A stretch of DNA of 64,000 nucleotides from a bacterium (GCA_965204535.1 OZ241996.1:448001-512000), one strand, 5' to 3'; counted from the first letter of the stretch, positions 19,278-29,632 are shown. Program-made: numbers and translations. Notes: a model not told the origin generated them from the sequence alone.

Positions 19278-19512
19278 GGGTTGTTGAAAAGCCTCTCGCC
19301 GGTCGATTTGATTGCCCTTTCACCTGCATGAAAACCAACCCCCCCTACCCCCCTTGTCAGGGGTCAAAACCGACCGAAGAGGGAGGTTTTGCAAGACGAT
19401 GTGTTTCTCGTCAATGGCTTATGCAAACGCTCGTTCATCACTCGCGTTTGACCCCTGACAAGGGGGGTAGGGGGGGGTGCCTTTATCCCCCGACGAGGCT
19501 TTTTCAACAATC
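19278..19512. repeat. MITE-like element
   Basis: GGGTTGTTGAAAAGCC...GGCTTTTTCAACAATC enclosing the C/G-tract inverted repeat with a unique spacer. Confidence 0.8.
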
Positions 19513-19583
19513 GCAAAACGTCTCGCCCGGAAGATTTCGAGACTTGCGTCCATTTCCCCGCGAGCGATAAGCGGCTATATTCG

Positions 19584-20081
19584 GTGAAGCAGTTGCGCTC
19601 CAAAGCCCGCCGCCGGGACGGAGTTCCCTTGATCACATACATCGACGAAATCGATCGCCACATCTCGGGCTGGATGAACCGCTACGGGCGGCTGTTCCTG
19701 CGAATCTCGCTCGCCGTCGTCTTCATCTGGTTCGGGGCACTGAAACCCCTTGGGATGAGCGCTGCCGCCGAGCTCGTGCGCCGCACGGTCTACTGGCTGC
19801 CGCCCGATTTCTTCATCCCCCTGCTCGGCTGGTGGGAGGTGGCGATAGGGGTGGGGCTGCTCTTCCGCCCGCTCATCCGCGTCGCGCTCTTTCTGCTCTT
19901 CCTGCAGATGCCGGGGACGATTCTGCCGCTCTTCCTGCTGCCCGAAGTCTGCTTCACGCAGATTCCCTTCGCGCCGACGCTGGAGGGGCAATACATCATC
20001 AAGAACCTCATTCTCTTGAGCGCGGCCATCGCCGTGGGCGGCACGGTGCGACGGGAGGAGGATGCGGGTTCGCGGATTTAA
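19584..20081 (+). CDS. DoxX/YkgB(RclC)-like membrane protein
   Basis: LRISLAVVFIWFGALK..LEGQYIIKNL; several TM helices; exact start uncertain. Confidence 0.75.
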   Translation: MKQLRSKARRRDGVPLITYIDEIDRHISGWMNRYGRLFLRISLAVVFIWFGALKPLGMSAAAELVRRTVYWLPPDFFIPLLGWWEVAIGVGLLFRPLIRVALFLLFLQMPGTILPLFLLPEVCFTQIPFAPTLEGQYIIKNLILLSAAIAVGGTVRREEDAGSRI

Positions 20082-20141
20082 GAAGTGAATATCCCTGTGC
20101 GCGGGGGCAAATCCCACAGTACAGGATAGGTACCTGGTTTT

Positions 20142-20325
20142 GTAGGGACAGGTCGCGACCTGTCCCTACGACTTCGTTCGTCATTCCGGCAATCCCTCCC
20201 TCACCGGGTGGAATTGATTGTAGGGGCCGCATATATGCGGCCCGTCGTTGGAAGGCGAAAAGGCAGAGTCGCGTATACGTCGGACATATATGTCCGACCT
20301 ACACAGCCCCCTCAAGGGGGGAGTA
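20142..20325. repeat. Cluster of GTAG-type REP palindromes
   Basis: Perfect GTAGGGACAGGTCGCGACCTGTCCCTAC; GTAGGGGCCGCATATATGCGGCCC; GTCGGACATATATGTCCGACCTAC; CCCCCTCAAGGGGG. Confidence 0.8.
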
Positions 20326-20450
20326 ATTCCCAAACTCGCATTCGCCATTTTCGCTCCTCACTCTCTCTTTACTCTGCCGCTGGAATAATTCAAGACTTAC
20401 AGTATCCGGCAATATGCCGTACATTACAGGAAGACCAAGGAGGCGAGACC

Positions 20451-20675
20451 ATGCAGAATTTCCCTAACCATAACGACGCCATCGACGAGGCGACTTTCAT
20501 GACCGGCACAGCTTTAGAGCGCGCCCGGCTCACGATTGCCGATCATGAGCGCACGCTCCTCAGGGCTGATGACCGCGCCGTGGTTCTCGCCGCCCTCGAT
20601 GCGCCCCAAGAGCCGACCGAAGCCTTGCGCGAGGCGATGGCCCTGCACGAAGCGCGGGTGGCGCGTGACAGCTGA
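20451..20675 (+). pseudogene. DUF1778/TacA-like antitoxin, internally deleted
   Basis: AGGAGG RBS; ..FMTGTALERARLTIADHERTLL..LAALDAPQEPTEALREA matches the DUF1778 C-terminal half; RHH part missing. Confidence 0.6.
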
Positions 20676-20826
20676 GGACATATCAGTTCCACAAAGCATA
20701 TCCATAGAACCGATCAACTCGAAAAAACGCCTTGCGTTCTACGCCGCCATGGGATTTCAGCCCTTGCCGTCGCGTCCCCTGAGAATGTTCATCAGCATCG
20801 AAACGATTCACAGGGCACTGGCCTGA
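20665..20826 (+). pseudogene. TacT-like GNAT toxin remnant
   Basis: 53 aa: N-terminal ..ISIEP joined directly to C-terminal AFYAAMGFQPLPSRPLRMFISIETI; acetyltransferase core absent. Confidence 0.6.
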
Positions 20827-20884
20827 AGCGCGTTTCAGGCGGGCGGGTCTGGCGCGTCCGCTCTCCAGACCTTAAAGTGTCCCC

Positions 20885-21742
20885 ATGACATTCCTTGCCC
20901 TCTCGCTGGTGCTGACCGCCGCTTTTTGTCACGCCACCTGGAACCTGCTGGTCAAGCGCATCAACGGCGGACCGGAACTCGTCTGGCTGTTTTCCGTTTT
21001 CTCGGTGTTGATCTACCTGCCGGTCGTCGTGGTCGTTTATCTGATGGAGCGCCCCCTCATGGAGTGGCGCGAGATCGGGTTCTACGTCGGCAGCGCCGCA
21101 CTGCACATGGCCTATTTCCTGCTTCTCCAGCAGGGCTACCGCAGGGGCGATTTGTCCCTGGTCTACCCGGTTGCGCGGGCTACCGGGCCGTTCCTCTCGA
21201 CCCTGTTCGCCGTCTCCGTTCTGGGTGAGAATCTGACCGTCCAGATCGCCGTCGGCGGCCTGGCGATCATCGTCGGCATCGTGTTCCTGACGGGCGGCTT
21301 CGACTGGTCTTCCGCGCGGCGCACGAGTTCGCTCTTGTTCGGGGTTTCCACAGGCGTGCTCATCGGCAGCTATACAATCTGGGACGCCTATGCGGTCAGC
21401 GCGCTCGCCATACCGCCGTTGCTGCTCGATTACGCGTCGAACTTCGCGCGCGCCACGTTTCTGATGCCCTACGCCTTCACGCGCAGGAAGCTCATCGTGA
21501 AGCATTGGCGCGAACACAAGCTCGCCGTGCTCGGGATCGCCGTGTTCACCCCGCTTGCGTATATGCTGGTGCTGACGGCGCTCGTCTTCACGCCGATCGT
21601 CTACGTCGCGCCCGCACGCGAGGTCAGCGTCCTGATCACCGTGGCGATGGGGTCGATCCTGCTGGGCGAGGGCGAGTTGCGCAGGCGCATGGGTTGGGCC
21701 TGTCTGATCCTCCTGGGCATGGTGATGCTGGTGCTGGGCTAG
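20885..21742 (+). CDS. DMT/EamA family transporter
   Basis: AAFCHATWNLLVK, YRRGDLSLVYPVAR, about 10 TM helices. Confidence 0.9.
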   Translation: MTFLALSLVLTAAFCHATWNLLVKRINGGPELVWLFSVFSVLIYLPVVVVVYLMERPLMEWREIGFYVGSAALHMAYFLLLQQGYRRGDLSLVYPVARATGPFLSTLFAVSVLGENLTVQIAVGGLAIIVGIVFLTGGFDWSSARRTSSLLFGVSTGVLIGSYTIWDAYAVSALAIPPLLLDYASNFARATFLMPYAFTRRKLIVKHWREHKLAVLGIAVFTPLAYMLVLTALVFTPIVYVAPAREVSVLITVAMGSILLGEGELRRRMGWACLILLGMVMLVLG

Positions 21743-21770
21743 CGGCGGATGGTGTGTTCAGGCGCTTGAG

Positions 21771-22064
21771 GGGGGTTGTTGAAAAACCCCTCTTTGCTCG
21801 GAATTGACCACCGCCGTCATTCCGGCGAAAGCCGGAATCCATTCTAAAGCAGAATGACGATACAAAGGCTTTTTATCTCCTTGTCATTGGCGAGAACCAA
21901 CCAAAAATAAAAAATAAAGGCAAAACAAATGGATTCCGGCTTTCGCCGGAATGACGAACCAAATCGAGAACCGCAAGTTTCTGTAGGGGTCGTTCGCGAA
22001 CGACCCCTACTTCATCATCGGTCGCGACAAACACTCATTTATCAGGACTTTTTCAACAGCCCCC
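21771..22064. repeat. MITE-like element with an inverted CGTCATTCCGGCGAAAGCCGGAATCCA pair
   Basis: GGGGTTGTTGAAAAACCCC...GACTTTTTCAACAGCCCC; inverted 27-mers at ~21815 and ~21930; GTAGGGGTCGTTCGCGAACGACCCCTAC at 21983. Confidence 0.85.
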
Positions 22065-22227
22065 TTGAGGGGAGCTTGCGGAGCGGGTGAGATTCTCCAC
22101 GTTGCTGAAGGCCATCTCGACGCGCCGCCGAATACGCCCCAAGCCGCTGGCCGGTGCGTTGAAAAATGCTATAGTGGCTTTCCCGGAAACGTCATCATAC
22201 TCAACATTTCTCATACAGGAGTGAACC

Positions 22228-22620
22228 ATGAGCGAGCCGCAAATCAGTGCGCAGGACGTCCTGAACGCCAGCGCCGGCTGTCTGCAGAAGCAGATGTACG
22301 TCTACTTCACGAAACCGGCGAACGGTCTGGGACCCGTGATGGAGAATCTCGAAGATCACTTGAAGTTTCAGGTCGAACTCGAACAAAAGGGGATCATGTT
22401 CGGCGCGGGGCCTTTCTGGACGGAGGATGAGCAGCGCTGGGAGGGGGAGGGGATGATCATCATCCGGGCCGAATCCCTTGCCGAGGCGCGGAAGATCGCC
22501 GAATCGGACCCCATGCACGCGAGCGGCGCGCGCACGTTCACCATACGCCCCTGGCTGCTGAACGAGGGGATGGTCACAATGAAGGTGACCTACTCGGACG
22601 GCGGGCGGGAAGTCATATGA
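22228..22620 (+). CDS. YciI family protein
   Basis: HLKFQVELE..GAGPF..GMIIIRAESLAEA..SDPMH..RPW. Confidence 0.8.
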   Translation: MSEPQISAQDVLNASAGCLQKQMYVYFTKPANGLGPVMENLEDHLKFQVELEQKGIMFGAGPFWTEDEQRWEGEGMIIIRAESLAEARKIAESDPMHASGARTFTIRPWLLNEGMVTMKVTYSDGGREVI

Positions 22621-23477
22621 ACTGGACGCCGAGACGAGAGAGATTCCGCGCCCTGCTCGCGGGCGAGAGGTGCGTGCATCCCGGTTCGGTCTACGACCCA
22701 CTCACCGCGCGCATGGCGGAGGACCTGGACTTCGAGGTCGGGATGTTCGCAGGCTCCACCGCCTCGCTCACCGTGCTGGGCGCGCCGGACATCATCTTGT
22801 TGACGCTCACGGAATTCGCCGCCCAGGCGCTGCGCATCAACCGCGCGGCCGGGATGCCCCTGCTGGTGGATGCGGATCACGGCTACGGAAACGCGCTGAA
22901 CGTGAAGCGCACCGTCGAGGAACTCGAAACCGCCGGCGTGGCGGCCCTCTCGATTGAGGACACGGTGCTGCCCCAGCCATTCGGCGCGGATGGTGCGCAG
23001 CTCACTTCGATTGAAGAGGGCGCCGGCAAGATGCGCGCGGCGCTGGAGGGGCGCCAGGACCCGAATCTGGTGATCGCAGGCCGGACGAGCGCGCCGCGCG
23101 TCACGGGTACGGAAGACGCCATCGCGCGCGTGACGGCCTATGAGGCGGCGGGGGTGGACGCCATCTTCGTGGTGGGCGTCCAGAGCCGCGCTCAACTGGA
23201 GGCCATCTCGGCTGCGGTGAACCTCCCCATCATCCTGGGCGGTAGCGCAAAAGAGGTGCGGGGTCTGGATTATCTCGGCGGTCTGGGCGTGCGGGTCGCG
23301 CTCCAGGGCCATCAGCCCATCATGGCGGCGGCGGGGGCGGCCTATTCCACGCTGAAGGCGCTCAAAGACGGCGCGCAACCAGAAGACCTCGAAAGCGTGC
23401 CCTCAAACAATTTCATGAAGAAATACATGAACGACGCGGACTACCGACGGCAGATAGAGTCGTTTCTGGAGGAATGA
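22617..23477 (+). CDS. Oxaloacetate decarboxylase (ICL/PEP mutase superfamily)
   Basis: FAGSTAS..LGAPD, VDADHGYGNALNV, IEDTVLP. Confidence 0.85.
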   Translation: MNWTPRRERFRALLAGERCVHPGSVYDPLTARMAEDLDFEVGMFAGSTASLTVLGAPDIILLTLTEFAAQALRINRAAGMPLLVDADHGYGNALNVKRTVEELETAGVAALSIEDTVLPQPFGADGAQLTSIEEGAGKMRAALEGRQDPNLVIAGRTSAPRVTGTEDAIARVTAYEAAGVDAIFVVGVQSRAQLEAISAAVNLPIILGGSAKEVRGLDYLGGLGVRVALQGHQPIMAAAGAAYSTLKALKDGAQPEDLESVPSNNFMKKYMNDADYRRQIESFLEE

Positions 23478-23577
23478 AGTCCGCGCGCGAATCGCCGATC
23501 TCATGTGACGAAAGCGCTTTTCAGGATATATACTGGCTCCTCCATTAAGGACAGTTCATCCACCCGGGGAGAGCCTC

Positions 23578-24720
23578 ATGGCCATAGAACTTGCATGGTA
23601 TATGTCGTGTGACGGCGACAGCGCCTACATCGGCCGGAAATTCGCCGATCATCCCCCGAGCTATGAGACGTTCACCCGCATCGCGCAAAACGCGGAGAGA
23701 AGCGGCTTCACCACCATCCTGGTGCCCACCTCCCAGGTGAGCGGCCACTACGGGCCGCAGGCCCCGACGTGGGACAGCATGGTGAACGCCGCGGTGGTCG
23801 GCCCGGCGACCAAGACGATAAAGCTGCTCTTGGCCGTTCGCGTGGGGATCATCGACCCGGCCATCTGCGCGCGGATGATGGCCTCGCTCGACGAACTCAC
23901 CGGCGGGCGCATCCTCTACAACATCGTCACGGGAGGCGGCGCGCTCGCGAGCTACGGCGAGACGCTGGATCACGACACGCGCTATGAGCGCACGGATGAA
24001 TTTCTGGAAATCCTGGAGGGTCTCTGGACTCAGGAGAAATACTCCTTCGAGGGCAGGTTCTACAACCTGCAAGACGCCACCGTGTATCCCCGGCCGGTGC
24101 AGAAGCCGAGGATTCCCTTCTTCATGGCCGGGGCGTCCGAGATAGCACAGGACATCGCGATCCGCCGGGCGGAGTATTCGGTGTTCTGGGGAGAGACGCC
24201 CGGGCAGGTGGCCGAGCGCGTCGATTACATGAACGGGAAATGCGAGCGCGCGGGAAGGGCGCGCCCGCTCAAGTACGTGACGCGGTTTCAGATATTCGCG
24301 CGCCAGACGGAAGAGGAAGCCTTCGAGGCGGCGGAGGAAGTGATGAGCCGGGTCGACCCCGAGGTGCTCGCGCATCGCGGAAAGGTCATCTCCTCGTTCG
24401 AGAGCAAGGGCACGAAGGACCAGCAGGCCCGCACGCGCGAGGAGATGGTGGGCCCCAACCTCTGGGCCGGCATGGGCCGGATTCGCTCGGGCTCGGCCGT
24501 CGCCATCGTGGGTTCGTATGAACAGTGTGCGCAGAAGATCATCGAGATCGAACAGGCAGGCATCGACTTGCTCATCCTTTCGGGTTTCCCCCTGCATGAG
24601 GAATGCGTGAACGTCGGCAGGCACGTAATCCCGCTCGTGCGCGAGATGGAGCGGGAACTCGACCTCGTGCATGAAGGGGATGAGGCGTTCTTGCCCCTGA
24701 GCCAGGGGGTCACCGTCTAG
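23578..24720 (+). CDS. LLM-class flavin-dependent monooxygenase (SsuD-like)
   Basis: AERSGF, LLAVR, GGRILYNIVTGG, RYERTDEFL, PNLWAG. Confidence 0.88.
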   Translation: MAIELAWYMSCDGDSAYIGRKFADHPPSYETFTRIAQNAERSGFTTILVPTSQVSGHYGPQAPTWDSMVNAAVVGPATKTIKLLLAVRVGIIDPAICARMMASLDELTGGRILYNIVTGGGALASYGETLDHDTRYERTDEFLEILEGLWTQEKYSFEGRFYNLQDATVYPRPVQKPRIPFFMAGASEIAQDIAIRRAEYSVFWGETPGQVAERVDYMNGKCERAGRARPLKYVTRFQIFARQTEEEAFEAAEEVMSRVDPEVLAHRGKVISSFESKGTKDQQARTREEMVGPNLWAGMGRIRSGSAVAIVGSYEQCAQKIIEIEQAGIDLLILSGFPLHEECVNVGRHVIPLVREMERELDLVHEGDEAFLPLSQGVTV

Positions 24721-24796
24721 CTTTTCAAGAGTATCGGCATATTTCGGCGGACTTGGAATAGAGTCCGATTTCTTTCACCGATGAGGGCGAATCTAC

Positions 24797-25972
24797 ATGG
24801 ATTTCGATTTGAACGAAGAACAAAAGGCGTGGCGCGATAAAGCGAGAAAATTCGCCGAAGAGGAAGTCGCGCCCATATCGCTGGAGCGGGACATGATATC
24901 CGACCCGAGGGAGACCTTCGACTGGGAGATCATCAAGAAGGGCTCCAGGCTCGGTTTCCGCACCGCCGTCGTGCCCAAGGATCGCGGGGGCCACGGGATC
25001 GATTTCGTCACCCAGGCGCTGGTGATGGAGGAGATCGCGCGCGGCGACAGCGCGATATCCAAAACCTTCAGCCAGTGCTGGAAGTGGAGCCACCTCATCG
25101 CCGCCTCCTGCACGGATGACCAGAAAGACAGGTTCCTGAAGCCCTTCCTTGAGGACGATACCTATCTGCTTGGCAAAGGCGGAACCGAGGAATCGGCGGG
25201 TTCTGACAACCGCATGCCTTCCGACGATCCCCGGACGGGCTGGAAGCTTAAGGCGGTGCGCGAGGGCGATGAGTGGGTGCTGAACGGCCGCAAGCGCTAC
25301 ATCGCCAACGGGAGCGTGGGCAAGCTCTTCTTCATCGACGGCAGGACCGACCCCGACGTTCCCATCACGCAGGGCACCACGCTCTTCCTCGTACCTTCGG
25401 ATACGCCGGGATTCCGCGTGGGCAAGGTGTACGACAAGATCGGCTGGCGCTTTTACCAGAACGCGGAACTCATCTTCGAGGACGCCCGCGTGCCGCACGC
25501 CAACGTGGTGGGCGAGGTGAACCGGGGGGTTCAGGCGCGAAAGGGCGATACGTCGGAGTTCGGCGATCTCGAACTCTCCGCCAACGGGCTGGGCGTGTGC
25601 CAGGCGGCGGTCGACCAGGCGATGCACCAGGCCAGGACGCGCTGGCAGGGCGGTAAATACATCATCGAGCACCAGGCGATACAGCTCAAACTCGCCGAGA
25701 TGCACATGCTCACCGAGGCGCTTCGCGCTTACGTCATGCGCACCGCGTGCGACCTGGAAAAGGGTGCGGACCGCGACATGAAGCACACCATCCTGCTCAT
25801 GAACTTCGCGACGGACGTCATACAGCGCGTCACCCACCTGAACATGGACATCCACGGTGGCGCCGGCGTCATGAAGGACGTGGGCGTGGAAAAACTCGTA
25901 CGCGACGCGATTGTCTGGACGCACCTCGCAGGCGACGCCGTACAGCGGATCAAGGTCATCAAGCACCTCTAG
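24797..25972 (+). CDS. Acyl-CoA dehydrogenase family protein
   Basis: TEESAGSD, WVLNGRKRYIANG, KIGWR, IHGGAG..VEKLVRDA. Confidence 0.9.
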   Translation: MDFDLNEEQKAWRDKARKFAEEEVAPISLERDMISDPRETFDWEIIKKGSRLGFRTAVVPKDRGGHGIDFVTQALVMEEIARGDSAISKTFSQCWKWSHLIAASCTDDQKDRFLKPFLEDDTYLLGKGGTEESAGSDNRMPSDDPRTGWKLKAVREGDEWVLNGRKRYIANGSVGKLFFIDGRTDPDVPITQGTTLFLVPSDTPGFRVGKVYDKIGWRFYQNAELIFEDARVPHANVVGEVNRGVQARKGDTSEFGDLELSANGLGVCQAAVDQAMHQARTRWQGGKYIIEHQAIQLKLAEMHMLTEALRAYVMRTACDLEKGADRDMKHTILLMNFATDVIQRVTHLNMDIHGGAGVMKDVGVEKLVRDAIVWTHLAGDAVQRIKVIKHL

Positions 25973-25985
25973 GCGGGGGAATCCC

Positions 25986-27065
25986 ATGAGCGGAAAAACG
26001 GTTTCCCTGGCCGTCATCCTGGGCGACGGCGTGGGCCACGACGTGCTGCCCGTGGCGACGGAGGTGATACAGACTGCATCGGGCGCGATAGGAGTGAATG
26101 TCGAGCCGGAAATCTATGACTACGGCGCGCTCCATTATCTCGAACACGGAACCCCGCTGCCCGAGGACGTGGACGGCCTGGTGCGCGGCCTGGCGGAAAA
26201 ACACGACGCCATCCTGTTCGGAAGCGCAGGATTAGACCCCAGAATCCCCGAAGACGTGAACTGCCGCGATCTCCTGCGCGCGCTTCGCTTCGAACTCGAC
26301 CTGTACGTGAACCTGCGGCCGGCGCCGCTCCTGCATCCGGATTTTTCTCCCCTGAAACGGGACGCCGAAATCGACCTTGTCGTCGTGCGCGAGAACACCG
26401 AAGGGTTGAACGTGCGCGTGGGCGGCAACTTCAAGAAGGGGACGCCGGATGAGGTCGCTATCCAGGAGGACGTCAACACCTATAAGGGCGTCTCGCGCAT
26501 CTGCCGCTACGCCTTCGAGTACGCGCGAAAACACGGCTATCCCAAGGTGACCATGGCGGACAAGCACGGCTCCATCATCCACGCGCACGGCCTGTGGCAG
26601 CGCGTATTCTGGCAGACGTCGGAGGAATTCCCGGACGTGGAAGGGGAGCACTACTTCATCGACACCCTGTGCCAGGACCTCTTGTTCAAGCCGGAGGATT
26701 TCGGCGTCATCGTCACCAACAACATGTTCGGCGACATCCTGAGCGATCTGTGCGCAGGGCTGGTCGGAGGCGTGGGTCTGGCGGCGTCGGGCTGCATTCA
26801 CCCGGGCCGCGTGTGCATGTTCGAGCCCGTGCACGGCACCGCACCCGACATCGCCCTCAAGGGAATCGCGAACCCCTTCGCCGTCTGCCTCACGGGAAGA
26901 ATCCTGCTGAGCACGCTGGGCATGGAAAAGGCGGCGGACCTGATCTGGGAGGCGATTCGCTCCGCCGTCCGCGAGAAAAAGACCACGGCCGATCTCGGCG
27001 GTTCGCTGAATACACAAGAAGTGGGCGATTACCTCTGCGCGCACATCGAGAAATCGGGTGTGTAA
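25986..27065 (+). CDS. Isocitrate/isopropylmalate (tartrate) dehydrogenase family protein
   Basis: GDGVG, LYVNLRP, VRENTEG, NMFGDILSD, FEPVHGTAPDIA. Confidence 0.9.
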   Translation: MSGKTVSLAVILGDGVGHDVLPVATEVIQTASGAIGVNVEPEIYDYGALHYLEHGTPLPEDVDGLVRGLAEKHDAILFGSAGLDPRIPEDVNCRDLLRALRFELDLYVNLRPAPLLHPDFSPLKRDAEIDLVVVRENTEGLNVRVGGNFKKGTPDEVAIQEDVNTYKGVSRICRYAFEYARKHGYPKVTMADKHGSIIHAHGLWQRVFWQTSEEFPDVEGEHYFIDTLCQDLLFKPEDFGVIVTNNMFGDILSDLCAGLVGGVGLAASGCIHPGRVCMFEPVHGTAPDIALKGIANPFAVCLTGRILLSTLGMEKAADLIWEAIRSAVREKKTTADLGGSLNTQEVGDYLCAHIEKSGV

Positions 27066-27217
27066 ATTTTGAAGATTTTCCGGTTACGGATATTTGATTC
27101 GCTAGATGAAAGCCGCCAGGAAATACGCCATGATTGGCAGCGAGCGATGGGCTTACTTGTCAACGCTCATTGGGGCCGCTACCATGGCGAAAGGACGATG
27201 AAAGAGAGGACTTTGGA

Positions 27218-27592
27218 ATGACGGAATTCGAAATGGCGACGCTGGCTGTGCAGAAAATGGGCGTATTGGTCGCGGCCCTGGTCGGGTTTTCGCAGTGCGC
27301 CCTCATCGGCGGGGGTCTTTTCATGATGCGCCGCGCGGCGATCATGCGAGACAAGGCGCTCGACGAACTCATCAAGGGCGGGAGAACGAACCACGAAGAA
27401 GTCATGAAGAACCACGAGCAATTCATGGCGAATCATAGGGAAACCATGGAAAAGCACGAAGAAACCATGGCGGAGATCCGGGCGAACCGCGAACAAAGTA
27501 TGGAGAATCACAGGGAAGCCATGGCGAAGCACGAGGAGAGCATGGCGGCGCTTCATGAACTCATCAGGCGTACGAGCAAGGCGGAGGAATGA
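27218..27592 (+). CDS. Membrane-anchored protein with His/Met heptad repeats
   Basis: One TM helix, then NHEEVMK NHEQFMA NHRETME KHEETMA..NHREAMA KHEESMA. Confidence 0.65.
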   Translation: MTEFEMATLAVQKMGVLVAALVGFSQCALIGGGLFMMRRAAIMRDKALDELIKGGRTNHEEVMKNHEQFMANHRETMEKHEETMAEIRANREQSMENHREAMAKHEESMAALHELIRRTSKAEE

Positions 27593-27665
27593 GTAAGACC
27601 TCCCTATTAGATCGACAAATTCCGACAACCTTTCATCATTCCTTTTAGCGTTTGGAAGGCCAAAT

Positions 27666-29351
27666 ATGCCTTTTGAAGTCGGCGCGCCCGCGCATGCGGG
27701 CCAGATTGTCGTAGACGCGCTCGTCAGGGAAAACGTCAGGAGGCTCTATTGCCTTCCCGGCTCCCATCTTCTCCAGTTCTACGATGCGCTGAGAGTTGCC
27801 CCTTCCATCGGCCTCGTCACCTGCAAGCAGGAGCCGAACGCCTCCCTGATGGCCGACGCCTACGGGCGGCTCACCGGGGAGCCCGGCGTGTGCCTGCTCA
27901 CGGCGGGGCCGGGCGGCGCGAACTCCATTGCGGGCGTGGCCCAGGCATTCGGGGCGGCGTCGCCGATGGTGCACATCACGGGTTCCGTACCGCTCGATGC
28001 GTCTCGCGAGGCGTTCCACGGGGTGGACGATCCCGACTTTCTGGTCGAGATGTTCCAGAAGGTTACCAAGTGGAGTGTTCGCGTGAAGAGCATCGAGGAG
28101 ATATCGGGCGTCATGGCGAAAGCGTTTCACGTCGCCAGGAGCGGGCGGCCGGGGCCGGTTCACGTCGAGATACCGAGGCTCAGCGACTACAGCCCCCATC
28201 TGTTGCAGGATGCCCCCATCGCGCTGCCCGAATACGAGCCGCAGCCGGCGCAGGTCGTCGCCCCCCATGCGGAGGACGTCGCCCAGTACGCGCGCAGGTT
28301 GCTGGCCGCGGAATACCCCGTCATCTGCGCGGGCAAGGGGGTGATGCGAAAAGGCGCTATGGAAGAACTCTCGCGCCTCGCCGATAAGTTCTCGATTCCC
28401 GTCATCTACCCCCAGGATGCGATGGGCGTCATCGCAGAGGACCACCCCCTGGCGGTGGGGCATTACTTCGCCTTCAGGAACACAGGCTTCATGGACGGCG
28501 TCACCGGGAAGTGCGACCTGATGATGTTCATCGGCCTGAGAGCTGCCACGGCGGAGGTCGAGCACATCGAACCCTATGCGCCAGCAGAGCGGATATTCAT
28601 CGGCTTCGACGATGCGGAGGATGCGCACTACGGCGGTGCGGACGAGATAGTCGCAGACCCCAAAATGTTCCTGAGCGCTCTTGAAGAGCATCTGGCGGAA
28701 GAGAGCGGACGGGCGGGAGACGAAGTGAGGGAGCAGATCGCGGAGGGGAAGGCGGATTTGAGGAGGCAGGCCCTGGAGGTTATCGAGGGCCATGAGAGCG
28801 AGACGCCGATCCATCCGGCGCTCTTGATGGAGGCGCTGAGCCGCCACATCAAGCCGGACGCCATCGTCGTCAGCGACGTGGGGAACTGCCAGATGTTCGC
28901 GCGCTACTACGTGCCGCTCACGAACCAGTTCTCCTTCATGCAGTCGGGCGTGTGGAACGCCATGTCCTTCGCGCTGCCCACGGCCATCGTCGCCAAGATG
29001 GAATACCCCGGGCGCGACGTCATCGGCCTGGTGGGAGACGGCGCGTTCCTGATGACGATCGGCGATTTCGTGACGGCGAGCGAATACGGCGCGAACATCG
29101 TGATGATCGTCCTGAACGACGGCTCCTACGGCCAGATCGACCGCCAGCAGCAAAACCTCTACGGCGCGGCCTACGGCTGCGATTTCAAGAGCCCCAATTT
29201 CGCCGAGATGGCGCGCTCGTTCGACGCGTTCGGCGTGCGGGTGGAAGACCCCGCCGACCTCGACGACGCTATCGAGGCGGCGCTCTCCGCGGGCAAGCCG
29301 GCCATCGTGGAAGTCATGACGCGCGAGCAGCCCCTGCCGAAGATTTCATGA
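27666..29351 (+). CDS. Thiamine pyrophosphate-binding enzyme (acetolactate synthase-like)
   Basis: LPGS, E..ASLMADAYGR, GPGGAN, GDGAFLM..N TPP motif. Confidence 0.9.
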   Translation: MPFEVGAPAHAGQIVVDALVRENVRRLYCLPGSHLLQFYDALRVAPSIGLVTCKQEPNASLMADAYGRLTGEPGVCLLTAGPGGANSIAGVAQAFGAASPMVHITGSVPLDASREAFHGVDDPDFLVEMFQKVTKWSVRVKSIEEISGVMAKAFHVARSGRPGPVHVEIPRLSDYSPHLLQDAPIALPEYEPQPAQVVAPHAEDVAQYARRLLAAEYPVICAGKGVMRKGAMEELSRLADKFSIPVIYPQDAMGVIAEDHPLAVGHYFAFRNTGFMDGVTGKCDLMMFIGLRAATAEVEHIEPYAPAERIFIGFDDAEDAHYGGADEIVADPKMFLSALEEHLAEESGRAGDEVREQIAEGKADLRRQALEVIEGHESETPIHPALLMEALSRHIKPDAIVVSDVGNCQMFARYYVPLTNQFSFMQSGVWNAMSFALPTAIVAKMEYPGRDVIGLVGDGAFLMTIGDFVTASEYGANIVMIVLNDGSYGQIDRQQQNLYGAAYGCDFKSPNFAEMARSFDAFGVRVEDPADLDDAIEAALSAGKPAIVEVMTREQPLPKIS

Positions 29352-29632
29352 GGGGGCTGTTGAAAAAGCCCATGAGAGGGGAATGGCAACCCTCTGAAAG
29401 GGAAACCCCATAAAACCAACCCCCCCTACCCCCCCTTGTCAGGGGGGCAAGAAAAAGCAAAACCCCCTCTACCCGGCGGCTGGTATGAAAAAGCCAAACC
29501 CCTGGCCGGCGGCGGGCGTCGTCTTTTTTCATATCCCCCACTTGCCGGGGCGTCGGCCTTTTTTACCCCCCTGTCAAGGGGGGGTAGGGGGGGCCTTTGT
29601 CCCCCGGCGAGAAGGGCTTTTTCAACAACCCC
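29352..29632. repeat. MITE-like element with its central spacer inverted relative to other copies
   Basis: GGGGCTGTTGAAAAAGCCC...GGGCTTTTTCAACAACCCC; IR arms at 29418-29447 and 29566-29593. Confidence 0.85.
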
